DNA from: Obrimoposthia wandeli
Taxonomy: Eukaryota
NCBI GenBank assembly: GCA_977020255.1
Contig: CDROCS010002027.1
Coordinates: 248,001 to 312,000 of the forward strand
Length of the DNA stretch: 64,000 nt
Direction of reading: 5' to 3'
Shown piece after piece: positions 1 to 9,107 of this stretch. Every line of letters starts with the position of its first letter. The first letter of the stretch is position 1. The translations under genes and the position numbers were made by a program. A model generated the notes under the pieces. The model saw only the letters and a list, made by a program, of their open reading frames with translations, ran no database searches and had not been told where the DNA came from.

Positions 1-347
1 TGCTCTCCTACTTCACCAGCAAAACGCACATAAGGTTCTATAATAAAGTCATCGACAAACTCTTGAGCGCGTTTAGCAAAAACTTCCCAATCATCAAATT
101 GCAACACCACTCCAAAGTGCGGTACAGGCACAGCATGCCCATCGACGCCATTGCTGATGGAAGCTATTTTACCTTCTTTGCCTAGAGATGGATTTAAATG
201 CGTTACAAATTGATGTCCGAACATATCAAAATCAATCCATTGATCACTACTACGTCCTTCACTAAAGCCCATTTTTTTACCATAAAACTCTCTAGCTTCT
301 TCAATATCTCTGACTTGTACTGCTAAGTGAAAAGGTGTTAATTTCAT
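1..347 (-). CDS. VOC/glyoxalase-family protein (3' end runs off window; not in ORF track)
   Basis: Manual translation from ATG at 347: [23 protein letters not shown]...[20 protein letters not shown]...[15 protein letters not shown], typical VOC dioxygenase-like motifs. Confidence 0.8.
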   Translation of the reverse strand, partial: MKLTPFHLAVQVRDIEEAREFYGKKMGFSEGRSSDQWIDFDMFGHQFVTHLNPSLGKEGKIASISNGVDGHAVPVPHFGVVLQFDDWEVFAKRAQEFVDDFIIEPYVRFAGEVGE

Positions 348-348
348 A

Positions 349-1560
349 CTACTTTCTCTCTAATTTACTGGTGGCTTTCGTTTTGTACATTCTCTTATCG
401 GCTAACACATAACATTGCTGGATATTACCTTCAACTTCGCTTAAATTTGCAAAGCCTATACTCGCGCTTACCTTTTGTTCTAGCATCAGTGATAGTTGGC
501 GTTGTGACTCGACAAATTGCTTTTCGATCCTCTGTAAACTCTCTGCACTAGAGTTTGGTAGTAACAAAGCAAATTCATCCCCACCTAAACGAAAGGAGCA
601 ATCTGTTGTTCTACCTAATTTAGAGAACTCTGTTGCAAATAGTCGCAGTAACAAATCGCCTTTGGGATGGCCAAAGCTATCGTTATAATTTTTAAAATCG
701 TTTAAATCAATGATGCCAATACTGGTATCTTGCTCACTCACTATATAGTTTAACGATGCTTGGCTGCACATTTTTTCAAACGATGTACGGTTTTGTAGCT
801 GAGTTAAACTATCAATATTGGCTAAATCAACCGCATTTTTAAGCGCACTTTGTGCATGCACTAAGAGCAAATTTGAAGAGATAGCTAAAGACGCTAGCTT
901 TATAATATCTTCCATAAACTTATAATCAACGTCATTCGAATCATGCATACACATGACATGACCGATGGGTTGTTGATCTTTACCGTAGTAAACTAACCCC
1001 GCATAGGCTTTAGCACCTAACTCTCTCAACATCTCATTTTCTGTAAATGAGGCTGCTACATCTGTAAATAAAGTGAATTTTTTATTACGAACCATCACTT
1101 CACATGGAGTATTCTCCAAAAGATAATTTTCACCTGCCATATGTTGATCAGTATTCCAAAATGAAATGACTTCCACAGTACTGGAATCAATAAAACGAGT
1201 GACAAAAACCCAACGCCAGCCACTAATTTCGTTAATAGTTTCTACTATGGAGTGAAAAATATTATTACTATTGCTAATTTTACTAAGCATTTTTGCAAGG
1301 AGCCCATCACTTTGCCTTGAAAGAAGAGCCTTTCTGTCAACATAAATAACGCGATTGCCCTGGACTTCTTTAACACGGATATTATAGCCGTCTTCATAAC
1401 TATCCTGATGTCTATTGAGTAGTTGTTGCTTAAAGCGCTCATTAAGGTTTGAAAAGATGTTATTTTCATAAATGAGCATACCACTAGTATCAATTACCGC
1501 CACACCCTCTGAGCTGTCTTCTAGTATTTCTATTAAACCTAATTTGTCAATATTCAACAT
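349..1560 (-). CDS. Diguanylate cyclase with N-terminal PAS-like and GAF-like regions
   Basis: D-x-LT-x-L-x-NR, [16 protein letters not shown]-x-x-GD, RLGGDEF active site, RxxD I-site (RTTD), ADKRMY. Confidence 0.9.
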   Translation of the reverse strand: MLNIDKLGLIEILEDSSEGVAVIDTSGMLIYENNIFSNLNERFKQQLLNRHQDSYEDGYNIRVKEVQGNRVIYVDRKALLSRQSDGLLAKMLSKISNSNNIFHSIVETINEISGWRWVFVTRFIDSSTVEVISFWNTDQHMAGENYLLENTPCEVMVRNKKFTLFTDVAASFTENEMLRELGAKAYAGLVYYGKDQQPIGHVMCMHDSNDVDYKFMEDIIKLASLAISSNLLLVHAQSALKNAVDLANIDSLTQLQNRTSFEKMCSQASLNYIVSEQDTSIGIIDLNDFKNYNDSFGHPKGDLLLRLFATEFSKLGRTTDCSFRLGGDEFALLLPNSSAESLQRIEKQFVESQRQLSLMLEQKVSASIGFANLSEVEGNIQQCYVLADKRMYKTKATSKLERK

Positions 1561-1826
1561 TTTCGCCTCACTATTTTGGCAACAATCGAAGCTGCAACTT
1601 AGACTTCCAACTAAAGTTTATTCATTAAAAATATAACTAAATAGCGAACATATAAACTGAATATTTCACAGTTATGTCTATTTTTTGTAATGTATTTGGT
1701 ATTACTTTAAATTAATTATGAACATTCTAGCATTCCTTGTATTTAATATTAAATAATCTATGCTAATTCAGTTGCTCAATAACTTAAAGGAAATCGCTTT
1801 TTTTACTATCCATCTTAAGGCGTTAT

Positions 1827-2366
1827 ATGACCAAAGTATTATCTGTCAGCAAGAGTAATCGACATGATTTCTCTAAGGAAACCTCAGCATTTATTAAATT
1901 AGCGAAAGGTTTAGGCGTTATAGGTGACACGCACTTAGGCGTTACGGTGCAACACCGATCTAGATTAAAAAAAGACCCTACATTGCCTAATCTTCGACAA
2001 GTTCATCTTATACATAATGAGTTAATTATCGAATTACAGGCGAAAGGCTTTAAAGTTAGCCCGGCAAGTATGGGTGAAAATATTACAACACAAGGAATAA
2101 ACTTATTAAACCTTGCGACTAACACTGTACTCAAAATAGGCCTTGATGCAGAAATTAAAATCACTGGGCTAAGAAATCCATGTGCACAATTAGATGCATT
2201 TCAACAAGGCTTAACTGCTGCAGTACTTGATAAAAATGCAAATGGAAAAGTTATCCGCAAAGCGGGGGTTATGGGCATTGTTATCAAAAGTGGCATTATT
2301 AAAGAAGGAGATACCATTCAAGTAACACTACCTAGTTTACCGCACTCCCCTTTAGAACCGGTATAA
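1827..2366 (+). CDS. MOSC domain protein
   Basis: GLGVIGD-x-H, RQVHLI, GENITT-x-GI, ITGLRNPC-x-QLD, G(V)MGIV-x-x-SG-x-I-x-x-GD motifs. Confidence 0.88.
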   Translation: MTKVLSVSKSNRHDFSKETSAFIKLAKGLGVIGDTHLGVTVQHRSRLKKDPTLPNLRQVHLIHNELIIELQAKGFKVSPASMGENITTQGINLLNLATNTVLKIGLDAEIKITGLRNPCAQLDAFQQGLTAAVLDKNANGKVIRKAGVMGIVIKSGIIKEGDTIQVTLPSLPHSPLEPV

Positions 2367-2474
2367 AGGGCAATAATCAACAATAAACACCACCTTTTTA
2401 GTATTTTTTATAGCGCTGTTGCCCTGTTTAGTCATATGATATCTTTACATAAATCCTATTATTCGAGTTTATTT

Positions 2475-3095
2475 ATGTCCATTGAAAGTGCAATTACTTT
2501 TTTCATTGCTATTGTTATCTTTAGCATTACGCCAGGCCCTGGTATTTTCGCCATCTTAGCCAAATCGTTAACTCAAGGCGCTAAGGCCTGTTTAGCATTA
2601 TCAATCGGGATGGTAATTAGTGATATCGTATATTTAATACTTGCTTGCTATGGCCTAGCCGCTATTGCTGAGCACTGGGGGGGCGCATTCACTGCTATTC
2701 GCATACTAGGTGCATTTTACCTGTTTTACTTAGGTTATAAATTATGGACTGCTCCCATGATATTACAAGATAGTGCAGCACCGACAAGCGCAAAATCGCA
2801 ATGGTTCAAAGACTTTCTCCAAGGCTTTTTTATCTCGGCTTCTAATCCGAAAGTCATTTTATTCTACATTGCATTTTTACCTACTTTCATCGATTTAACG
2901 GTACTTCACGTGCAAGATATTGTGCTGATAACGGCATTGACATTCATTGGTTTAATGCTAGGTTTAGTTAGCATATCTGTCGCGGCAGCAGCGGCAAGTA
3001 AATTCTTTGAATCCCAACGTGCATTGAAAAATTTAAATCGTAGCGCTGGCTCAATTATGATGGCTGCAGCGGCTTTTTTAGCACTGAGAAACTAG
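2475..3095 (+). CDS. LysE/RhtB family translocator
   Basis: SITPGPG, LGAFYLFYLG, F-x-QGF-x-IS-x-SNPK-x-ILF motifs; start moved to MSIES. Confidence 0.9.
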   Translation: MSIESAITFFIAIVIFSITPGPGIFAILAKSLTQGAKACLALSIGMVISDIVYLILACYGLAAIAEHWGGAFTAIRILGAFYLFYLGYKLWTAPMILQDSAAPTSAKSQWFKDFLQGFFISASNPKVILFYIAFLPTFIDLTVLHVQDIVLITALTFIGLMLGLVSISVAAAAASKFFESQRALKNLNRSAGSIMMAAAAFLALRN

Positions 3096-3291
3096 TTTAG
3101 AAGTAAACACTCTATGTGGCTCTTCATAGCGACTGAGCATAAAAAGAAAAGCCACTGACGCCGTTTATTTAACCAGACTTTTTGGACGGCTATTTTAAAT
3201 AATACCTCAATTGAAATTAGTAACCGTTATTCGCAAGCCTCTTAAGTGATGTTATGATATAGACTTAAGTGAATGAATTAGGAGTAAAGAT

Positions 3292-3738
3292 ATGGCACGT
3301 ATTAAAATAGATATGCCCGATAACTACTCTTTTAGCACTTCTTTAACAGTGCGGATTAGCGATATTAATTATGGCGGTCACTTAGGGAATGATTCAGTTT
3401 TAGCTTATATACAAGAAGCACGCATGCGCTTTTTGAGTTACCACCACTACACTGAACTAGATGTTGAAGGTAGTGGTTTAATAATGACTGATTCTGCGAT
3501 TGTTTACCGCGGTGAAAGTTTTTACGCCGATATTTTACAAATTGACATTTGTGTGCAAGATTTCAATAAATACGGCTGTGATTTTTATTATTTAATCACA
3601 AACAAGAAAACAGCAGAAGAAATTGCCTATGCCAAAACGGGCATCGTTTTTTTTGATTACCAAAAGCGTAAAATCACTGAAGCGCCAGAAGCTTTTAAAC
3701 TCGCCATAGAAAAAGAAACTGGACAACAAAACAGTTAA
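3292..3738 (+). CDS. Hotdog-fold thioesterase (4HBT/YbgC-like)
   Basis: VRISDINYGGHLGND...QEAR motif, AKTGIVFFDY. Confidence 0.85.
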   Translation: MARIKIDMPDNYSFSTSLTVRISDINYGGHLGNDSVLAYIQEARMRFLSYHHYTELDVEGSGLIMTDSAIVYRGESFYADILQIDICVQDFNKYGCDFYYLITNKKTAEEIAYAKTGIVFFDYQKRKITEAPEAFKLAIEKETGQQNS

Positions 3739-3739
3739 T

Positions 3740-4036
3740 ATGGATACACCTGAACAACCTCAAATCTGGCTTGATCAGCATGAAATGTTTCATGTTGAGA
3801 GCCCTTGCATAGGGGTTTGTACATCAGGTGCCAAAGGGTTTTGTAAAGGTTGCTTGCGCTCTCGTATAGAGCGCTTTCATTGGCATGAAATGACTGAAAA
3901 TCAAAAGTATACTGTGGTGCAGCTCTGCCATTCACGCAAAGCGCGTATTATTGCTAGACGAAAAAAATCAGAAAATTCTTTATTACAACAAGAAGAATTG
4001 TTCGATGAATCTGATATCCAGCTAGATCTCTTTTAA
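3740..4036 (+). CDS. DUF1289 family small Cys-rich protein
   Basis: SPCIGVC...FCKGCLRSR-x-ERF-x-W motif. Confidence 0.8.
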   Translation: MDTPEQPQIWLDQHEMFHVESPCIGVCTSGAKGFCKGCLRSRIERFHWHEMTENQKYTVVQLCHSRKARIIARRKKSENSLLQQEELFDESDIQLDLF

Positions 4037-4077
4037 ACCGCATCCACTGCGCCTTATCACATTAGCGAGAGGCTGTA

Positions 4078-5481
4078 TTAATCATCGAAAGTTTCGTAAC
4101 TGCCGTGCGCTAAGTTTTCAAATTTCGAGAACTGGCCAATAAAGGCGAGCTTTATACTACCAATTGGGCCATTACGCTGTTTGCCAAGAATAACTTCTGC
4201 AATACCTTTATCTTGGGAGTCTTCGTTATACACTTCATCACGATACAAAAACATTATCACATCCGCGTCTTGCTCGATCGCACCTGATTCACGTAAATCT
4301 GAGTTCACTGGGCGCTTGTTTGGCCGTTGCTCCAACGAGCGGTTAAGCTGAGACAGCGCTACTACAGGGCAATTTAATTCTTTCGCCAAGGACTTTAATG
4401 AGCGTGATATTTCAGATATCTCTTCTGCACGACTTACATTAGCTCTGCTACTTTTTACCTGCATCAATTGCAGGTAATCTATCATAATCATTGAAACTTC
4501 GCCGTGCTCGCGCACAATACGCCGAGCTCGGGTACGCATTTCTGTTGGGCTAATACCTGATGTATCGTCTATAAATAGCGGTTTGTCGCGCATCATATTC
4601 ACAGCAGTGGTCAATTTTGGCCAATCATCTTCTTGTAATTGGCCGGTACGCAAGCGCGTTTGGTTTATCTTGCCCAGCGAGGCCAGCATACGTGTAATGA
4701 GCTGATCTGCCGGCATCTCTAAAGAAAACACTAACACCGGCTTATTATCGGCCATGAGTGCGTTCTCAACTAAGTTCATGGCAAAGGTAGTTTTACCCAT
4801 TGAGGGGCGCGCGGCAACAATAATTAAATCAGAAGGCTGTAGCCCCGCTGTTTTTTCATCTAAATCATCAAAGCCTGTTGTTACACCTGTTAACTGATCA
4901 GAGTTATTAAACAGATAATCAATCTTATCCACAGCACCTTTGAGAAGGTCGTTAATGGGGATAAATCCCCCTTCGCTAGGGCGACTTTCTGCTATTTCAA
5001 AAATGCGCTGTTCAGCTTCATTTAAAACTTCTTGGGCATCTCTACCTTCTGTTTGGAACGCGCTGTCGGCGATTTCTTGAGAAACAGAGATCATCTGGCG
5101 TAATAATGCTCTGTCACGCACAATCACCGAATAGGCTCTTAAGTTTGAGGTACTAGGGGTATTTCTAGCCAGCTCTATTAAATAGTCTAATCCACCAGCG
5201 GCTTCTAAATCTCCCGTTCTATCGAGTTCTTCAGAGAGTGTCACAACATCCACTGGCTTTTGATTATTCACCAGCTTCGTCATCATGCGGAAAATTAATC
5301 GATGATCGTGGCGATAAAACAGTTCTTCAGAAACGATTTCACTGACAACATCCCAGGTATTGTTATCTAACATTAAGCCGCCCAGCACTGACTGTTCAGC
5401 CTCTACCGACTGAGGCGGCTTTTTAATGCTTTCAACCGCTTCGTCGTACTCGGAATTGTTAGAATACTCTGGGTAGTTCAT
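4078..5481 (-). CDS. dnaB: Replicative DNA helicase
   Basis: PPQS-x-EAEQSVLG, AARPSMGKT, FSLEMP, IDYLQLM, LSQLNRSLEQR, DLRESGAIEQDAD. Confidence 0.99.
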   Translation of the reverse strand: MNYPEYSNNSEYDEAVESIKKPPQSVEAEQSVLGGLMLDNNTWDVVSEIVSEELFYRHDHRLIFRMMTKLVNNQKPVDVVTLSEELDRTGDLEAAGGLDYLIELARNTPSTSNLRAYSVIVRDRALLRQMISVSQEIADSAFQTEGRDAQEVLNEAEQRIFEIAESRPSEGGFIPINDLLKGAVDKIDYLFNNSDQLTGVTTGFDDLDEKTAGLQPSDLIIVAARPSMGKTTFAMNLVENALMADNKPVLVFSLEMPADQLITRMLASLGKINQTRLRTGQLQEDDWPKLTTAVNMMRDKPLFIDDTSGISPTEMRTRARRIVREHGEVSMIMIDYLQLMQVKSSRANVSRAEEISEISRSLKSLAKELNCPVVALSQLNRSLEQRPNKRPVNSDLRESGAIEQDADVIMFLYRDEVYNEDSQDKGIAEVILGKQRNGPIGSIKLAFIGQFSKFENLAHGSYETFDD

Positions 5482-5664
5482 TTAATTATCCAATTTAACT
5501 GCTAAAGGCCGCCATATTAACACACTCAATTCTATGCATGAAATCAGACGATAAGTTTAAAAGCATTCACTTCATCAAAGTAGTAAGCGAGTAACTTGAA
5601 GCTCGTTTTTACAATAAAAATTCTAGCGACATTACTGCCACTATCAAATCAATACCTGTGTTGC

Positions 5665-6159
5665 TTATGTAAGCTCGCGTTTAGCCTGTTCAGTTAAGCG
5701 CACACTCACATCACATGCATTCGCTAGCTCTTGTCCTTTTTTCAAAAAATGCTGGCTAAAATACACTTTATGCTCATCGTGTTCATGAAAATTGTGTGGC
5801 GTTAATACAGCCGTTAACACGGGTATTTCTGCTTCTAGCTGCACTTGCATTAATGCATTACACACTGTTTGTGCTACAAAGTCATGTCGATAGATGCCTC
5901 CGTCAACCACCAAACCACTGGCGGCAATAGCTGCATAGCGGCCACTTTTCGCTAACAGTTTTGCTTGTAGCGGAATTTCATAAGCACCTGGTACCGCTAA
6001 CGCTTCTATTAAAGAAGCATCGTAACCACGATTAACAAGTTCGGTTTTAAAACCATTAAAACAGTTCAATACTATATCTTCGTGCCAACTGGCATGAATA
6101 AAAACGATACGCTGAGTATGAGGTGTGAATGGTTGATTCTTCGCTGAGCTCTGATTCAT
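5665..6159 (-). CDS. ribH: 6,7-dimethyl-8-ribityllumazine synthase, type II (RibH2-like)
   Basis: SWHEDIV, VPGAYEIPL, VVDGGIYRHDFVA, LTPHNFHE...H...F: RibH2-type signatures; lies under an FMN riboswitch. Confidence 0.93.
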   Translation of the reverse strand: MNQSSAKNQPFTPHTQRIVFIHASWHEDIVLNCFNGFKTELVNRGYDASLIEALAVPGAYEIPLQAKLLAKSGRYAAIAASGLVVDGGIYRHDFVAQTVCNALMQVQLEAEIPVLTAVLTPHNFHEHDEHKVYFSQHFLKKGQELANACDVSVRLTEQAKRELT

Positions 6160-6285
6160 GTTTAAATCCTATTTTAAACTTAATAGCACTGTAGAATCAG
6201 GGCGAACGGGCAGGCAGGAATATACACTCTCTGTCGAGAACGTAAAATATGAGATATATTTAACTATATTACAAATCTGTCTGAC

Positions 6286-6459
6286 ACGTTCTCTATCATC
6301 CGGACTATCACCGTCGGCTCTGGAATCACACCAGATCTGCTGACCCTAATTTCTATAAATATCCTAAATTAACGAAAATTTATGAGTATTAGGCGCTCGC
6401 GGGCTTAGAAATAATTTTCCTTACCGCCGGTGGGGAATTACACCCCGCCCCGAGAACGA
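6286..6459 (-). ncRNA. FMN riboswitch (RFN element)
   Basis: Minus strand reads CGTTCTCGGGGCGGGGTGTAATTCCCCACCGGCGGTAA...AGCCCGCGAGCG...GTCAGCAGATCTGGTGTGATTCCAGAGCCGACGGTGATAGTCCGGATGATAGAGAACG, upstream of ribH. Confidence 0.97.
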
Positions 6460-6636
6460 AGTCGAATTTCTTCGACGCCGCAATATACGTTTTTTTGCTG
6501 GAGTTTGTCAAAGATAGATTTATCTATAAGAGATAAAATTTGGACGGGCACTAAAATCAAGTTACAAATATATTGATATGATCTAAGCGTTGCTTAATAT
6601 GCTTTGCAGCGTATAAATATAGTAAAATTTACACAT

Positions 6637-6674
6637 AAAAAAGCACCGCGAAGTTAACCTCAGCGATGCTTTTT
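6637..6674 (-). terminator. Intrinsic terminator after rplI
   Basis: GCAUCGC/GCGGUGC stem followed by U6 on the minus strand. Confidence 0.75.
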
Positions 6675-6746
6675 AAACTGCTATTAAAAGTGTTTAACTA
6701 ACCAAGATGTTAAGGCTTAATTAAAATTAAGCCGAACACGCTTTGA

Positions 6747-7199
6747 CTAGTCTTGAACACCAGTAACATTAACAGTAATCACAGCGTTAACTTCGCTGTG
6801 TAAGTGTAGAGTGATAGCGAACTCGCCAGTGTGACGCAATGCGCCCTCTGGAAGACGTACTTCACTCTTGTCAATTTCTTGACCTGCAGCAACAAGTGCT
6901 TCAGCGATATCACGTGTACCGATTGAACCGAACAACTTACCTTCTTCACCAGCTTTAGAGCTGATTTCTAGGGTAAATTCTTCAAGTGCAGTAGCACGTG
7001 CTTGAGCCGCTTCTAATTTCTGTGAAGCAACTTTTTCAAGCTCAGCACGACGCTCTTCAAATTTAGCAACGTTTGCTTTAGTAGCAGACACAGCCTTACC
7101 TTGAGGAACTAAGTAGTTACGTCCGAAACCTGATTTTACAGTAACTTTATCGCCTAAAGCGCCAAGCTTACCTATTTTCTCGAGTAGAATAACTTCCAT
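6747..7199 (-). CDS. rplI: 50S ribosomal protein L9
   Basis: MEVILLEKI...[10 protein letters not shown]-x-[11 protein letters not shown]. Confidence 0.99.
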   Translation of the reverse strand: MEVILLEKIGKLGALGDKVTVKSGFGRNYLVPQGKAVSATKANVAKFEERRAELEKVASQKLEAAQARATALEEFTLEISSKAGEEGKLFGSIGTRDIAEALVAAGQEIDKSEVRLPEGALRHTGEFAITLHLHSEVNAVITVNVTGVQD

Positions 7200-7242
7200 C
7201 TCGTAAACCTCTTTTGTTCTATGATCTAAACAATCACAGTAC

Positions 7243-8097
7243 TTATTGACTGGCTGGTATTTTGTTGCGGATATCTACTAAAGTATCTATCGCAGCAAAG
7301 ATTACCAACATCGTAATCACGTAGGGTCCCAGTATAAAAGCAGCAATATATAATGCTACTAACCAAGACCTACCTAAACTTCGTTTAGCTACACTGCCAT
7401 GGGCCAGTGCTAATCCTGCTATTACCAGTGGAGCCACCAAAAGAGGTATCCATCTGATAAATTCCTCACCACTATATGATGTGGTTATCAGCGTTGCTAT
7501 TACTAGCGATAACGCAAATAAAGGCGAAAAACGTAATTGATGAAACTCTTGTTGTAAACCACCTGGGTTAAACAACTTAGATTGCCACCAGCGTGCTAAA
7601 AACAAGCTGGATAACATCATCGCAAAATGCAGGGTATCAAATACGCCTAATGTTGCTTGGTGCAACCATTTTGTTTGCTGAGACAAAACATCGTTTGTCA
7701 CAGAAGATGATTGCATCATCAATTTTTGTACACCTTGTACAACTTGTTCTAATACATCACCATTTAGCTCTTGTTGTACTAATCCTGCAATCACAGTTAG
7801 TAACAAAGCGGCTTGTATACAACGTTGCCAAGATACTGTTTTTCTCAGAACTACTGCCAGGATATAACTCCCTAGAATAACGATACTAGGGGTAAAATCA
7901 CCCTGGCGAGACCACATTATTGCCGGTACTAATGCCCAAACAAGAACGAGACCTCCCTTAGAAACACCCTTACGAAGTGTTACTAAGCACACTGCTGCTG
8001 CACTTAACCAGAACAACAGTGGTAGCAAGGCGGCGACGACCGCCACAACTATCGCCTGTGTACGACCCTTTAAAATAAAGTTAGCAAGGGCGTGCAT
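7243..8097 (-). CDS. Conserved membrane protein (DUF2232/YybS-like) between rpsR and rplI
   Basis: Multiple hydrophobic helices; conserved position in the S6-S18-L9 operon; ends DTLVDIRNK. Confidence 0.7.
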   Translation of the reverse strand: MHALANFILKGRTQAIVVAVVAALLPLLFWLSAAAVCLVTLRKGVSKGGLVLVWALVPAIMWSRQGDFTPSIVILGSYILAVVLRKTVSWQRCIQAALLLTVIAGLVQQELNGDVLEQVVQGVQKLMMQSSSVTNDVLSQQTKWLHQATLGVFDTLHFAMMLSSLFLARWWQSKLFNPGGLQQEFHQLRFSPLFALSLVIATLITTSYSGEEFIRWIPLLVAPLVIAGLALAHGSVAKRSLGRSWLVALYIAAFILGPYVITMLVIFAAIDTLVDIRNKIPASQ

Positions 8098-8111
8098 AAA
8101 CGTAGTCCTAT

Positions 8112-8339
8112 CTACTGGTGATTATCAGTATAAGGCAATAACGCGATGAAACGAGCGCGTTTAATAGCTGTTGCCAGCTGACGCTGGTAACGTGCTTTTG
8201 TGCCAGTGATACGACTTGGTACAATCTTACCAGTCTCTGTAACGTATCCTTTCAACGTTTCCAGATCTTTGTAGTCAATCTCAATTGTACCTTCAGCGGT
8301 GAAACGGCAAAACTTACGACGACGAAAAAAACGAGCCAT
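8112..8339 (-). CDS. rpsR: 30S ribosomal protein S18
   Basis: [13 protein letters not shown]...IDYKD...[11 protein letters not shown]. Confidence 0.99.
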   Translation of the reverse strand: MARFFRRRKFCRFTAEGTIEIDYKDLETLKGYVTETGKIVPSRITGTKARYQRQLATAIKRARFIALLPYTDNHQ

Positions 8340-8368
8340 CTTATATCTCCTAGTGAACTTTGGTTCAA

Positions 8369-8800
8369 TTACTCAGCTGTTGCTGCAGTAGCTTCTTCAG
8401 CAACAGGTGCTGCAACTTCTTCAGTCTCAGCTTCTGGCTTAGGACGAGTATCTTCACGACGTGGGCGACGCTCTTCACGTGCTTCAGCAGCTTTAATTGG
8501 AGATACATCAGTGATCGCAGCTTTGCGACGAATTACCATGTTGCGTAAAACCGCATCATTGTAACGGAACATATTGTCTAGTTCGTCCAGAGTTTCCTGG
8601 CCGCATTCGATGTTCATTAGGATGTAATGTGCTTTGTGTGCATTGTTGATTGGGTATGCCAATTGGCGACGACCCCAGTCTTCCATGCGGTGAACAGTAC
8701 CTTCTGCAGCGGTGATAACGTTTGTGTAACGTTCAACCATACTTGATACTTGCTCGCTTTGGTTCGGATGAACCATAAAAACGATTTCGTAATGACGCAT
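8369..8800 (-). CDS. rpsF: 30S ribosomal protein S6
   Basis: [12 protein letters not shown]...[12 protein letters not shown]. Confidence 0.99.
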   Translation of the reverse strand: MRHYEIVFMVHPNQSEQVSSMVERYTNVITAAEGTVHRMEDWGRRQLAYPINNAHKAHYILMNIECGQETLDELDNMFRYNDAVLRNMVIRRKAAITDVSPIKAAEAREERRPRREDTRPKPEAETEEVAAPVAEEATAATAE

Positions 8801-8803
8801 TGT

Positions 8804-8853
8804 AGCTCCCTACGGGTTAAAAAGCCTTTAAATAAAAATTAAAAGCAAGGAGG
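8804..8853 (-). promoter_or_regulatory. S6:S18-binding mRNA leader
   Basis: Minus strand CTCCTTGCTT...AAGGC...AACCCGTAGGGAGC directly before the rpsF ATG; anti-SD stem plus the conserved CCC/G loop of the S6:S18 motif. Confidence 0.7.
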
Positions 8854-9107
8854 TTAATAATTACTCCCTCTTTATCAGAAGAATTTCTGTAAAAAGAGCG
8901 CGGTATTATAGAGTTTAATATTATTTTGTACAAGCAAAACACAACCTTAATTACGAAATTAAGGTCATGAAAGAGCGTTACTTAAACTCAAAGTTGTTAA
9001 TCTACCTCTATTTTCTTAATCTTTACTTAGGTATAAACGGTTTGATTGCTTCCTTCACCCTCTCATTATTAAATGACTTACTTCTTAATCAGAAAACCAA
9101 AAAACAT

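Noticed and set aside
4078-5481. Possible intein in DnaB
   Set aside because: At 467 aa it has normal length and continuous helicase motifs
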